A stretch of 64,000 nt of DNA from Oxalobacter sp. (GCA_017524145.1 JAFWUI010000014.1:9176-73175), one strand, 5' to 3'; counted from the stretch's first letter, positions 33,202 through 43,697 are shown. The notes: generated by a model not told the origin, from the letters alone. Translations and numbers: made by a program.

Positions 33202-33639
33202 ATGGCGACCTATCCCATTTTCCTGTGTCATGTCTGGTCGGTTGAAGACGGCATGGAACGCATCAACAGCCTGATGGCAGACTATGCCAGAAAGAAAGGC
33301 GGCGATTTCCAGTATGAATTCCGCAGCGTCTCCAAGGATGATCCGGTGCAGTTCCTGCGTTCCAACAAGGCATTGATCAATGCCATCGAGACCCAGTTGG
33401 ACCAATGCTGCTGTGCTGTCCTGCTGGCAGGTGTCTATGAGGAATACAAACGCTGGACGAACATCGAATTCGATGCCTTCCGCAAACTGAAAGTCCCTTT
33501 GGTGCTGATCCAGGCAGCTGACCCCAAATTCACCTCCTACAAGGAAAAACGCGCCGCTGATGTGATTGTCGGCTGGAATGACACGGAACTGGGCGAGGCG
33601 ATTGAAAAGATTGCCAAGAAAAACAGGATCATCAAATAA
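33202..33639 (+). CDS. Stand-alone TIR-like protein (DUF1863/MTH538, ThsB-like)
   Basis: IFLCHVWS, SVSKDDP, VLLAGVYEEYKRWTNIEF (WxxxE), AADVIVGWN; AGGAG RBS before ATG 33202. Confidence 0.8.
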   Translation: MATYPIFLCHVWSVEDGMERINSLMADYARKKGGDFQYEFRSVSKDDPVQFLRSNKALINAIETQLDQCCCAVLLAGVYEEYKRWTNIEFDAFRKLKVPLVLIQAADPKFTSYKEKRAADVIVGWNDTELGEAIEKIAKKNRIIK

Positions 33640-33775
33640 CCTATCCGGTATCCAAAGGAAAACTGCCTGACAGTTTACGCTACAATACCAGTATGCTTTC
33701 CCTGTCAGGGAATATGTTGTTTCGTCAGTAGCTGCCCGGCTACAGCCGGGGGCTGGCATAAAAAACTGAAATCCG

Positions 33776-34822
33776 ATGATTCCCGATTTTGCCTATCCCA
33801 TCATCCGTCCGTTCCTGTTTGCGATGGATCCGGAAAATGCCCATCTGTTCACGTTGTCTTCTATGCGGACAGCTGCAAAGCTTCGCCTGACTGCTTTGGC
33901 ACCTTCCATCACCCCGTTGCCCCGGAAGGTGATGGGGTTGGATTTCCCCAATCCGGTGGGGCTGGCGGCAGGCTTGGACAAGAACGGTTCCTGTATCGAT
34001 GGGCTGGCTTCGCTGGGTTTCGGTTTCCTGGAACTGGGAACAGTCACTCCCCGTCCACAACCGGGCAATCCAAAACCCCGGATGTTCCGCCTGCCAGATG
34101 CCGAAGGACTGATCAACCGGATGGGATTCAACAATGACGGAGTGGATGTCTTGGTTGAAAACGTGAAGGCTTCCCGTTTCTATCAGCAGAAGAAGGGGAT
34201 CCTGGGACTGAACATCGGCAAGAATGCCGTCACACCGATTGAGAAGGCTGTGGATGATTACCTGACCTGCCTGGAGAAGGTCTATCCGGTCGCCGATTAC
34301 ATTGCCATCAACATTTCTTCTCCGAATACAAAGAACCTGCGCCAGCTCCAAGGGGAATCTGAACTGGACAACCTGCTGAAACAATTGACGGATGCCCGTG
34401 AACGCTTGACCCAACAGCATGCCCGGTACGTCCCACTGGCATTGAAGATTGCACCGGATATCGATGACGGACAGACAGTCCATATTGCGGATGCCTTGCT
34501 CCGGCACCAGATTGATGGGGTAATCGCCACCAACACCACCATTTCCCGTGATGCGGTGAAACACCTGAAACATGGGTTGGAGACCGGCGGGCTTTCCGGC
34601 GCACCGGTGAAGGATGCTTCAACCCATGTCATCCGTGCGCTGAAAAAGGTATTGGGTGATGCCATCCCGATCATCGGTGTCGGCGGCATCCTGTCTGGGG
34701 AAGATGCACAGGAGAAAATCGAGGCGGGCGCCTCGTTGGTCCAGGTTTTGACCGGCATGATCTATACCGGCCCCGGACTGGTCAGGAACTGTATCCAGAC
34801 GCTGAGGCGGCATTCAACCTGA
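33776..34822 (+). CDS. pyrD: Quinone-dependent dihydroorotate dehydrogenase
   Basis: [41 protein letters not shown]. Confidence 0.97.
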   Translation: MIPDFAYPIIRPFLFAMDPENAHLFTLSSMRTAAKLRLTALAPSITPLPRKVMGLDFPNPVGLAAGLDKNGSCIDGLASLGFGFLELGTVTPRPQPGNPKPRMFRLPDAEGLINRMGFNNDGVDVLVENVKASRFYQQKKGILGLNIGKNAVTPIEKAVDDYLTCLEKVYPVADYIAINISSPNTKNLRQLQGESELDNLLKQLTDARERLTQQHARYVPLALKIAPDIDDGQTVHIADALLRHQIDGVIATNTTISRDAVKHLKHGLETGGLSGAPVKDASTHVIRALKKVLGDAIPIIGVGGILSGEDAQEKIEAGASLVQVLTGMIYTGPGLVRNCIQTLRRHST

Positions 34823-35101
34823 CAGCAAAAAGCAGCAGCACTTCCTGGCAGGGTGGTTTCTGTTTCCCTGTCAGGAATGATGCCGCCCCTGCTTCCAGCC
34901 AGGCAATATGGGAAGAACGCAGACAGGCTTCCGGAGTGACATCCCGTTCCAAACAGAAAACCCTTCCTTCAGGATATCAAGCCATCCAAGCATGATTCCA
35001 TCAAGCAGGATTGGACCATGGCATTCCCTGAAACAGGGCTTTGCTGGACTGTACATCTGTTAAAATAATTCCCGTCCAATGGCTTTTTCAGGGGAATCCT
35101 C

Positions 35102-35914
35102 ATGAAAAGAATGCTTGTCGCGGTACTTGCCGCCCTCACGATGCTGGTTACCGGCTGCCAGAGTTCCACAGAATCAGGGGCAACCAAAACCACCCGTAAA
35201 CAGCTGCTGCTGGTGCCTGCTGAAGCCGTGAACCAGCAGTCTGCCCAGCAGTACCGTGCAACGCTTATCAAGGCACAACGTTTGAGAAGGCTGGATACCA
35301 CAAGCCCTGATGCCCAACGTGTCGTTGCCATTGCCCAACGGCTGGCAAACCAGGTCAGCGTCTTCCGGCCAGATGCCACGACCTGGAAATGGGAAGTCAA
35401 TACCATCAAAAGCGATGAAGTGAATGCTTTCTGTATGCCGGGCGGCAAGATTGCCGTGTTCTCCGGCATCATCAGGAAACTGAACCTGACTGATGACGAA
35501 CTGGCGGCAGTCATCGGTCATGAAATCTGCCATGCCTTGCGCGAACACAGCCGGGAAAAGGTTTCCCAGCAGCTTCTGCAGCAAGGTGCCATTACACTGG
35601 TCGGCATTGCAACCGGCAGCCAGATACAGCAGGGGATGGCGGCATTGATAGGACAATATCTGTTCAGCCTGCCTTACTCCAGGACAATGGAGACCGAGTC
35701 TGACATCATGGGCCTTGAACTGATGGCACGGGCTGGCTTCAACCCTGAGGCAGCACCGAATGTCTGGCGGAAGATGGCGAAACTCCAAGGCGGAAAGGCA
35801 CCGCCCCAGTTCATGTCAACGCATCCTTCTGACCAGACCCGTATCGCCAACCTTGAAAAGGCATTGCCAACGGTGAAACCCCTTTATGAAGCAGCCATCC
35901 AGAACCGTGGCTGA
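35102..35914 (+). CDS. M48 family metallopeptidase lipoprotein
   Basis: Lipobox LVTGC, NAFCMPGGKI, HEICH (HExxH), FMSTHP. Confidence 0.92.
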   Translation: MKRMLVAVLAALTMLVTGCQSSTESGATKTTRKQLLLVPAEAVNQQSAQQYRATLIKAQRLRRLDTTSPDAQRVVAIAQRLANQVSVFRPDATTWKWEVNTIKSDEVNAFCMPGGKIAVFSGIIRKLNLTDDELAAVIGHEICHALREHSREKVSQQLLQQGAITLVGIATGSQIQQGMAALIGQYLFSLPYSRTMETESDIMGLELMARAGFNPEAAPNVWRKMAKLQGGKAPPQFMSTHPSDQTRIANLEKALPTVKPLYEAAIQNRG

Positions 35915-35937
35915 ATATTGATGGAAAGGAAACAACG

Positions 35938-36780
35938 ATGAAGAAATGGTTTACCCGATCTGCCCTCGCTGCAGCTTGCCTTGCGGCACTCTGTGGCTGC
36001 CAGACAACAACAATGGGAGGCGCTACCGGCTCCGACCGCAGCCAGCTGATGATTGTCTCTGCGGAAGAGATGAACCAGCAGTCTGCACAGGCTTACCGTT
36101 CGCTGCTGGCCAAAGCAAAACAGGCCAATGCACTGAATACAAACCGGTCTTATACCAACCGGGTTGTCTCCATTTCAAAACGGTTGATCAACCAGGTTGG
36201 TGTTTTCCGGAAAGATGCCCTGCGTTGGAAATGGGAGGTCAATGTCCTGTCTTCCAAGACCGTCAACGCTTTCTGTATGCCTGGCGGCAAGATTGCCGTT
36301 TATACCGGGTTGATTGATTCCCTGAAACTGACTGATGGTGAACTGGCGGCAGTCATCGGTCATGAAATCTGCCATGCGTTGCGTGAACATTCCCGTGAAC
36401 AGGCTTCCCAGCAGGCAGCAACCAGTATCCCGACCGCTATCTTGGGTTCTTTCATCGGTTCTTCTGAACTCGCCAGTGGCATGAACAAGGTCCTGTTCTC
36501 CCTGCCTTTCTCCCGCTCAATGGAGACCGAAGCTGATACCATGGGTATGGAACTGATGGCACGGGCTGGTTACAACCCTGAAGAGGCTGTCAATGTCTGG
36601 CGGAAAATGGCCGCCCTCAATGGCGGCGGCAATTCTGTTGCCATCCTTTCAACCCATCCTTCAGACAACAGCCGGATTGAAAACCTGCAATCCCATCTGC
36701 CTGAAGTCATGCCGCTCTATGAAGCGACTTTATCAAAGAAACCGACCGGTACAACCCGTACCAAGAGCCGCCACAGATAA
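35938..36780 (+). CDS. M48 family metallopeptidase lipoprotein (tandem paralog)
   Basis: Lipobox LCGC, NAFCMPGGKI, HEICH, LSTHP. Confidence 0.92.
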   Translation: MKKWFTRSALAAACLAALCGCQTTTMGGATGSDRSQLMIVSAEEMNQQSAQAYRSLLAKAKQANALNTNRSYTNRVVSISKRLINQVGVFRKDALRWKWEVNVLSSKTVNAFCMPGGKIAVYTGLIDSLKLTDGELAAVIGHEICHALREHSREQASQQAATSIPTAILGSFIGSSELASGMNKVLFSLPFSRSMETEADTMGMELMARAGYNPEEAVNVWRKMAALNGGGNSVAILSTHPSDNSRIENLQSHLPEVMPLYEATLSKKPTGTTRTKSRHR

Positions 36781-36798
36781 CCAGACAGGCTACCAACC

Positions 36799-36840
36799 CA
36801 TGAAAAATGCCAGGGACATATGCCTCTGGCATTTTTCATG
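36799..36840. terminator. Bidirectional terminator between the M48 pair and glnS
   Basis: CATGAAAAATGCCAG...CTGGCATTTTTCATG 15-bp inverted repeat. Confidence 0.8.
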
Positions 36841-36856
36841 ACAGGGAACGGCTGGA

Positions 36857-38629
36857 TTATTTCTTCTTCTGGTCTTTCACCCAAGAATCGCGAAGCGTGA
36901 CCGCCCGGTTGAATACCGGTTTCCCTGGCTGACTATCCACCAGATCCGCCACAAAATATCCCTGACGCTCAAACTGGAAGATATCGCCCGGTTTCGCCTT
37001 TGCCAGCCCTGGTTCCAGATAAGCATCGACGGTTTCCAGAGAATCTGGATTGAGGGCAGCCAAGAAATCCCGGCCATTGGCATCCGGCATCGCCTCTGCA
37101 AACAGGCGGTCGTAAAGACGCACTTCTGCTGGTACTGCATCACTGGCACTTACCCAATGGATGGTTCCACGGACTTTGTAGTTCTGGCTGGTTTCAGTAC
37201 CGCTACGGCTGTCCGGCAGGTAGTTGGCATGGACCGCAATGACATTGCCATCAGCATCTTTATCACAGCCAGTGCATTCCACGATGTAAGCACAACGCAG
37301 ACGTACCCGGTTGCCCGGATAAAGACGGCGGTAACCTTTGACAGGGGTTTCCATGAAGTCATCCTGTTCAATCCAGAGTTCCCGGGAGAAGCTGAACTGG
37401 CGTTCTCCGCGTTCCGGATAATGGGGATGGACTGGGGCAGTACAGGTTTCAACCTGTCCTTCTGGATAATTGTCGATGATGAGCTTGAGTGGATGCAGGA
37501 CAGCCGCTGCCCGGGGCGCCTTGGGATCCAGGTCATCGCGCAGGCTACCTTCCAATGTGCTGATGTCAATCCAACCATCTGCCTTCGCCACGCCGATCCG
37601 TTCACAGAACAGGCGGATGGATTCAGGGGTATATCCCCGGCGCCGTATACCGACGATGGTCGGCATACGGGGATCATCCCAGCCATCGACCCGTTTTTCC
37701 TCAACCAACTGGAGCAGCTTGCGCTTGCTGGTGATGGTATAGGTCAGGTTCAGGCGGGCAAATTCATACTGATGTGGCAGGGGTTTTTCCAGAAACCCAC
37801 CAACCACCCTGCCGTCTGGCAATGTGGTCTTCTCAGCCAGCCTTTCCAGGATCCAGTCATAAAACGGGCGGTGGTCCTGGAATTCCAGGGTACAGATGGA
37901 ATGGGTGATCTTCTCCAACGCATCCGAAATCGGATGGGTATAGTCATACATCGGATAGATGTTCCACTTGTCCCCGGTCCGGTGATGGGAAGCATGGCGG
38001 ATCCGGTAAATGACCGGGTCCCGCATGTTCATGTTCGGTGATGCCATATCGATCTTGGCGCGGAGGACATGCGCCCCATCCGGGAATTCTCCGTCTTTCA
38101 TGCGGCGGAACAGGTCCAGTGATTCCGCAGCAGGCCGGTTCCGGTAGGGAGAATCCGTACCTGGATGGTTGAAGGATCCCCGGTTTTCCGCCATTTCTTC
38201 AGGGGACTGGCTGTCCACATAAGCATGCCCTGCCTCAATCAACCCACATGCCATTTCATAGAGCGTATCGAAATAATCACTGGCAAAATGCAGGTAAGGG
38301 ATGCCTTCCTGTTCCCAGGAAAACCCAAGCCATTGGACACTGTCTTTGATGGTATCGACAAATTCCTGGTCTTCCTTGGTTGGATTGGTATCATCAAAAC
38401 GCAGATGGCAACGTCCCTTGTAATCTTCTGCCAAGCCAAAATTCAGGCAGATGGATTTTGCATGCCCGATATGCAGGTAGCCGTTCGGTTCCGGCGGGAA
38501 ACGGGTGATGACCGGTGGCATTCCGGAACGTTGGTAAGTCCCCTTTTCAAGGTCTGCATCAATGATGGTCCGCAGGAAATTGGACGGTTGTGTAGGAGGT
38601 GTATTGCTGTTTTTATTGTCTGCGCTCAT
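36857..38629 (-). CDS. glnS: Glutamine--tRNA ligase
   Basis: TRFPPEPNGYLHIGH, HSICTLEF, TSKRKL, FQFERQGYF; start uncertain (38629 or 38659). Confidence 0.96.
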   Translation of the reverse strand: MSADNKNSNTPPTQPSNFLRTIIDADLEKGTYQRSGMPPVITRFPPEPNGYLHIGHAKSICLNFGLAEDYKGRCHLRFDDTNPTKEDQEFVDTIKDSVQWLGFSWEQEGIPYLHFASDYFDTLYEMACGLIEAGHAYVDSQSPEEMAENRGSFNHPGTDSPYRNRPAAESLDLFRRMKDGEFPDGAHVLRAKIDMASPNMNMRDPVIYRIRHASHHRTGDKWNIYPMYDYTHPISDALEKITHSICTLEFQDHRPFYDWILERLAEKTTLPDGRVVGGFLEKPLPHQYEFARLNLTYTITSKRKLLQLVEEKRVDGWDDPRMPTIVGIRRRGYTPESIRLFCERIGVAKADGWIDISTLEGSLRDDLDPKAPRAAAVLHPLKLIIDNYPEGQVETCTAPVHPHYPERGERQFSFSRELWIEQDDFMETPVKGYRRLYPGNRVRLRCAYIVECTGCDKDADGNVIAVHANYLPDSRSGTETSQNYKVRGTIHWVSASDAVPAEVRLYDRLFAEAMPDANGRDFLAALNPDSLETVDAYLEPGLAKAKPGDIFQFERQGYFVADLVDSQPGKPVFNRAVTLRDSWVKDQKKK

Positions 38630-38729
38630 AACATGACCTGAAAATAAAGTTGCCGACATTGTACGCAACTCTGGAAAACTAATAAACACTGACCCAGCGC
38701 AATGGCTGTCCATGGGAACCGGCTGACGG

Positions 38730-39341
38730 TCAGACAGCCTTTTTCTTGCTGCCGATCTTGCTTTCTGTCCCGGATATCAGATTGATGATGTTCTGGCGAT
38801 GGCGGAAAACCAGACATGCACTGATGATGCAGATGGCATAGAAAAAGGCATCGACCCGGAACATCAAGCCATAATAGACTGGTGCCAGTGAAGCAGAAAC
38901 CAATGCAGAAAGGGAAGAATAACGGGTCAGGAAAGCAACCACCAGCCAGGTCAGCAGGACAAAAACACCCAGCATCGGGCTGATGCCCAACAAGACGCCC
39001 AGCCCTGTTGCCACTCCTTTACCTCCCTGGAACCTGGCAAAGACCGGAAACAGGTGCCCAAGGAATACAGCAACGGCAACAGCCGCCACGCCCCAACTGC
39101 CAATCCCGACCTTATCAGCCAGCCAGGATGCCAGGAAAACCGCCAGCCAGCCCTTTGCAGCATCACCCAGCAGGGTCAATGCCGCCGCCGCCTTATTGCC
39201 AGAACGCAGGACATTGGTTGCGCCTGGATTGCCGGAACCATAGGTCCTGGGATCTGCAAGACCAAACAGTTTACTGGTCACCAACGCAAAAGAAATGGAG
39301 CCCAGCAGATAAGCAATAACAATGAATAATGCTGTGTACAT
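38730..39341 (-). CDS. plsY: Glycerol-3-phosphate acyltransferase
   Basis: [40 protein letters not shown]. Confidence 0.96.
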   Translation of the reverse strand: MYTALFIVIAYLLGSISFALVTSKLFGLADPRTYGSGNPGATNVLRSGNKAAAALTLLGDAAKGWLAVFLASWLADKVGIGSWGVAAVAVAVFLGHLFPVFARFQGGKGVATGLGVLLGISPMLGVFVLLTWLVVAFLTRYSSLSALVSASLAPVYYGLMFRVDAFFYAICIISACLVFRHRQNIINLISGTESKIGSKKKAV

Positions 39342-39499
39342 AGTTTTTCAAGTTACTGGGAACCCGGTATGGCCAAGATGGCAATATTCCTCCAAGGCAG
39401 GGATTTTCCGGTTTCCAGCCATAAGTTGGATATTATGCCTGATTTCTGCCATTTTTCAGCAAGAATGTTGATTTTCATCATTTCCAGGCTTATCCCTTA

Positions 39500-40474
39500 T
39501 CATGACGATGCTGTAGAAGAACCCATGGTTCCCCGGGGATGATGCTGCGCATGAAGCTGTTTCAGGCGATGGTGGGCGATATGGGTATAAATCTGGGTTG
39601 TCGTGATGTCTGAATGCCCCAACAGCAATTGGACAACCCGCAGGTCCGCTCCATGGTTCAACAGATGGGTGGCAAAGGCATGCCGCAATGTATGTGGTGA
39701 CAGTGGGTCGGTGATGCCGGCCTTGACTGCATATTTCTTGACCAGTGTCCAGAACATCTGACGGGTCATCAAGGTTCCCCGTGCGGTGACAAACAGGTAA
39801 TCCGATTGTTTCCCGGACAGGATTACCGGACGGCTTTCCACCATATAGCGGGAAATCAGGCTGTCTGCCTGCTGGCCGAACGGCACCAGCCTCATCTTGT
39901 CCCCTTTGCCAAGAATCCGCACAATGCCTTCATTCAGGCTGACCGCATCCAGTTTCAATGCGGTCAGTTCTGAAACCCGCAAGCCGCTGGCGTACATCAG
40001 TTCAATCATCGTCCGGTCACGGAGCCCCAAAGGCGTCCCACAGTCCGGTGCCTCCAGCAACGCCTCTACCTGGGATTCAGACAACGCATGGGGAAAACGC
40101 TGTGGCTGTCTGGCAGCATGCATCCGGCTGCATGGATTGACGGCAATCCGTCCCAAACGCATCTGATACTGATAGAACCGCTTGAATACCGTCAACCGGC
40201 GGTTGGCAGAAGTTGCCTTGCTGGCGGCATGGCGTGCCAGGAAATACCGGTTCAGATGTTCCTGCCCCACCTTGTCAAGTTCTGTCACTGTGGATTCAGC
40301 CTGCAGCCAAAGGGCAAACCCCTTCAGGTCATTCCGGTATGAAGCAAGGGTATTGGCAGACAGCCCGTCTTCCAGCCAAAGGGCATCACAGAACGTATCA
40401 ATCAACAGGCTGTTGGCAGCTGAGAGGGCTGTTTTCCTGTTTTCCTGTGTTTTTCCTGTTGCCTGCATCTTCAC
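39500..40474 (-). CDS. xerD: Site-specific tyrosine recombinase XerD
   Basis: LWLEDGLSANTLASYR, LMYASGLRVSEL, SPHTLRHAFATHLLNHGADLRVVQLLLGH..TTQIYTH. Confidence 0.95.
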   Translation of the reverse strand: MKMQATGKTQENRKTALSAANSLLIDTFCDALWLEDGLSANTLASYRNDLKGFALWLQAESTVTELDKVGQEHLNRYFLARHAASKATSANRRLTVFKRFYQYQMRLGRIAVNPCSRMHAARQPQRFPHALSESQVEALLEAPDCGTPLGLRDRTMIELMYASGLRVSELTALKLDAVSLNEGIVRILGKGDKMRLVPFGQQADSLISRYMVESRPVILSGKQSDYLFVTARGTLMTRQMFWTLVKKYAVKAGITDPLSPHTLRHAFATHLLNHGADLRVVQLLLGHSDITTTQIYTHIAHHRLKQLHAQHHPRGTMGSSTASS

Positions 40475-40517
40475 TGTTCCCCAAAACCCAACAACCGGGG
40501 GCTTTCCTGTTGGTTAT

Positions 40518-41609
40518 TCAAGATTGCCCTTGCGCCAATGCCCAGTCAATATGTTCTTTCACCATATCAGAGGATGTCCCACGCATCGCCATCAACGCTT
40601 TCCGGATGGACGGTCTGTCAATGACCGTATCCTGGCTGTTCAATGCATTGCCCATTGCAACCGCCAGGTTACGGCACCAGCAGTCATAACCGATACGGCG
40701 TATCGGACTGCCAGCCATCCGTTCATTGAACGTCCCTTCATCCCATGCTGCCAGTTCAACCAATGAAACCGCGTCCAACCGATGGCGTACAGCAAAATCG
40801 GGAACAGCTGCCTGTTTTGCGAACCGGTTCCATGGGCAGCAGAGCTGGCAGTCATCACAGCCATAAATCCGGTTCCCGACCAAAGGGCGCAGTTCCACGG
40901 GGATACTGCCCCGCAGTTCTATCGTCAGGTAAGAAATGCACCGTCTGGCATCTACCATCCTCGGTGCCACAATCGCACCGGTTGGACAGTTCTGCAGACA
41001 CCGGCGGCATCCACCACAATGGCCAGTTTCCGGTGCATCGACCGGCAATGGGAGGTCAACCAGGATTTCACCGAGGAAGAAAAACGTCCCTGCCCTACGG
41101 CTGACCAGCAGGTCATTCTTCCCCCGCCAGCCGATGCCTGCCTGCGCTGCCAAGGCAACTTCCATCACCGGTGCTGAATCTGTGAACACCCGGTAACCAA
41201 ATGGGCCATGTTCCGCCTCAATCCTGGATGCCAGTTCCTGAAGCCGTGAACGCAGGACCCGATGATAATCCCTTCCCCGGGCGTAAAGCGAAATCCGTGC
41301 CATCAAGGGCCTTGATGCCATCTGCCTCTCATGCGCCATTACCTGCGGACCGTTTCCTGACAGGTAATCCATCCGGACAGAAACCACCCGGACTGTCCCG
41401 GGAACAATCTGTTCTGGATGGCACCTTTTCAGTCCATGCGCCGCCATATAATGCATTTCACCGTGGTATCCCTTCGATAACCAATGGACCAGCCTTTCTT
41501 CAGCGCCTGCAATCTGGATATCTGACACACGCAACTCTGCAAACCCGAGTTCCGCTGCCCAGACCCGCATTTTTTCAACCAATCCCGCCAATTCCACCGC
41601 AGATTCCAT
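40518..41609 (-). CDS. queG: Epoxyqueuosine reductase
   Basis: YARGRDYH, FTDSAPVME, CGGCRRCLQNCPT, RCISYLTIE, GCDDCQLCCPWN; start approximate. Confidence 0.94.
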   Translation of the reverse strand: MESAVELAGLVEKMRVWAAELGFAELRVSDIQIAGAEERLVHWLSKGYHGEMHYMAAHGLKRCHPEQIVPGTVRVVSVRMDYLSGNGPQVMAHERQMASRPLMARISLYARGRDYHRVLRSRLQELASRIEAEHGPFGYRVFTDSAPVMEVALAAQAGIGWRGKNDLLVSRRAGTFFFLGEILVDLPLPVDAPETGHCGGCRRCLQNCPTGAIVAPRMVDARRCISYLTIELRGSIPVELRPLVGNRIYGCDDCQLCCPWNRFAKQAAVPDFAVRHRLDAVSLVELAAWDEGTFNERMAGSPIRRIGYDCWCRNLAVAMGNALNSQDTVIDRPSIRKALMAMRGTSSDMVKEHIDWALAQGQS

Positions 41610-41715
41610 GCAATGATGTGTTTTTCCGTCCAATTCCACTGCCAATCTTGATACTATAACGGTGAAAGGCATTCAAAGGAAAATCCCTGTTGACCATCGT
41701 CCCTATCCCTTTGAC

Positions 41716-42207
41716 ATGACACCATTGACATTTTACTTAAAGGAAGAAGCAGATACCTGTGCATTGGGTGCCGCCTTGGCCGGTGTCCTTGAGAAAGGCC
41801 TGAGCATCCATCTGAAAGGCGGGCTCGGAGCTGGCAAAACGACCCTGACCCGGGCACTCCTGCGGGCTACAGGCTACCAAGGCAAGGTCAAAAGCCCAAC
41901 CTATACGCTTGTTGAGCCTTATACCATCATGCTTGATGGTGAAAAGACTGAGCTGCTGCACTTTGACCTTTACCGGATGGGATGTGCTGAGGAATTCCTT
42001 GATGCCGGTTTCCGGGAATCGTTCAATGGCACCACCATCCAAATCATCGAATGGGCGGAAAACGCCGGTTCCCTGCTTGAACCACCAGATATTGTCATTG
42101 CCCTTGCTATCCAAGGAACCGGCAGACGGGCGCTACTTTCACCGGTTTCCCAAAAAGGGAAGCAATGTCTGGACAGACTTGCATTCATCCCATCGTCAGG
42201 CTTATGA
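41716..42207 (+). CDS. tsaE: tRNA t6A biosynthesis ATPase TsaE
   Basis: LKGGLGAGKTT, VKSPTYTLVEPY, HFDLYR, IIEW. Confidence 0.95.
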   Translation: MTPLTFYLKEEADTCALGAALAGVLEKGLSIHLKGGLGAGKTTLTRALLRATGYQGKVKSPTYTLVEPYTIMLDGEKTELLHFDLYRMGCAEEFLDAGFRESFNGTTIQIIEWAENAGSLLEPPDIVIALAIQGTGRRALLSPVSQKGKQCLDRLAFIPSSGL

Positions 42208-43439
42208 ATATCCATCCATCCCAACGTTCCCGTTTCCTTTTTTTCCTGTCCGCCCTGCTCGTCTTGTGCTTTATGCTGCTGTCAACTGCAAAGGCGGGAA
42301 ATATCGTTGCTGTCCGCTCATGGCCTTCTGAAGACAATTCCCGGGTAACGATTGAACACGATGGCACCATCCTGTACCGCCATTTCCTCCTGCCCAATCC
42401 GAGCAGGCTGGTCATGGACCTCAGGGAAGCGCCCCTGAATGATGTGCTGAAAAGCCTTGAAGGACGCATCCAGCCCAATGACCCGTTCATCAAAAGTGCC
42501 AGGGTCGCGCAGTTCGACAAAGAGACGGTGCGGCTGGTCTTTGACCTGAGGCAGCCGGTCTCTCCCCAAGTCTTTTTACTGGATCCTGTCGGCCAGTACC
42601 AGAGACGGCTGGTCTTGGATGTCTACCCGAAAAACTCCCGGAAAACAGCGGCTGTATCATCCAGACCCGCTAAAAGGACCTCAACCCATTCTGCCCGGCC
42701 TTCGTCTTCAACCAAGGTATCATCAGGACCTGTCAGCCTGAACCGCCGGGTCACGATTGCCATTGACCCAGGCCACGGTGGTGAGGATTCCGGTGCCCTT
42801 GGCTATAACGGCTCCAAGGAAAAAGATGTGGTCCTGTCCATTGCCAGACGGCTGAAACGGATTGTAGAGTCCCAGCCAAACATGCGTGTCTTGATGACCC
42901 GGAATGCCGATTTCTTCGTTCCACTTGGCAACCGTCCCAAGAAAGCCAGGGCAGCGAAAGCAGACCTGTTCATTTCCATCCATGCTGATGCCGCCACATC
43001 CTCATCCGCCCATGGGTCTTCTGTCTTTATCCTGTCAGAGAAAGGCGCTTCCTCAGCAACTGCCCGTACCCTTGCCAACCGTGAAAATGCCTCTGACCTG
43101 ATTGGGGGCGTCAATATCAAGCATCAGGACAGCCAGGTTGCCAGTGTGCTGGTTGATATGTCGGTATCCGGTCAGATCAAGCAGAGCATGAAACTCGCCA
43201 ATGGTGTCCTGAAAGAAATGGAGAAAATCAATTCCCTGCACAAATCCCATGTCGAGCAGGCGGCTTTTGCTGTCCTGAAATCCCCGGATATCCCAAGCAT
43301 CCTGGTTGAAACCGCTTTCATTTCCAATCCAGAGGAAGAAGCCAAACTCAATTCGGCATCCCATCAAGAAGCCATTGCCAATGCCATCATGAACGGCATC
43401 AAGGCTTATTTCGCCCAAAATCCTCCCCGGGCGAAATAA
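42204..43439 (+). CDS. amiC: N-acetylmuramoyl-L-alanine amidase (AMIN plus Amidase_3)
   Basis: NPSRLVMDL AMIN domain, IDPGHGGEDSGA, FISIHADA, AFAVLKSPDIPSILVETAFISN. Confidence 0.9.
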   Translation: MNIHPSQRSRFLFFLSALLVLCFMLLSTAKAGNIVAVRSWPSEDNSRVTIEHDGTILYRHFLLPNPSRLVMDLREAPLNDVLKSLEGRIQPNDPFIKSARVAQFDKETVRLVFDLRQPVSPQVFLLDPVGQYQRRLVLDVYPKNSRKTAAVSSRPAKRTSTHSARPSSSTKVSSGPVSLNRRVTIAIDPGHGGEDSGALGYNGSKEKDVVLSIARRLKRIVESQPNMRVLMTRNADFFVPLGNRPKKARAAKADLFISIHADAATSSSAHGSSVFILSEKGASSATARTLANRENASDLIGGVNIKHQDSQVASVLVDMSVSGQIKQSMKLANGVLKEMEKINSLHKSHVEQAAFAVLKSPDIPSILVETAFISNPEEEAKLNSASHQEAIANAIMNGIKAYFAQNPPRAK

Positions 43440-43508
43440 ACTGGCCTTGTATACGATTGGATTGCAGAGGTCTTCTGCCATGCGGTAAAATGCTATTTCC
43501 TTTGATAA

Positions 43509-43584
43509 GCATCCGTAGCTCAATGGATAGAGTACTGCCCTCCGAAGGCAGGGGTTGTGGGTTCGATCCCCGCCGGATGTGCCA
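43509..43584 (+). tRNA. tRNA-Arg(CCG), integration target of the adjacent element
   Basis: GCATCCGTAGCTCAATGGATAGAGTACTGCCCTCCGAAGGCAG...GTTCGATCCCCGCCGGATGTGCCA; anticodon CCG. Confidence 0.97.
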
Positions 43585-43593
43585 TACATCAGT

Positions 43594-43620
43594 AAAAGGA
43601 CGTCTCAGGACGTCCTTTTT
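43594..43620 (+). terminator. Terminator after tRNA-Arg(CCG), inside the element
   Basis: AAAAGGACGTC-TCAG-GACGTCCTTTT perfect stem with a T-tract. Confidence 0.8.
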
Positions 43621-43697
43621 CATTATATAAATCAATACTTTCCCTATGCAAGTGGTAAAATATAGTAACAGGGAATCTCATAAAATCTTGAAAAAAT

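Noticed and set aside
33202-33639. Complete Thoeris defence system
   Set aside because: Only the TIR component is present; no ThsA-type effector is in the window.
39500-40474. Second mobile-element integrase
   Set aside because: Sequence and context (plsY, queG) match housekeeping XerD.
43053-43635. Minus-strand ORFs spanning the amiC end and tRNA-Arg
   Set aside because: Antisense to amiC and the tRNA; they translate tRNA sequence and are spurious.
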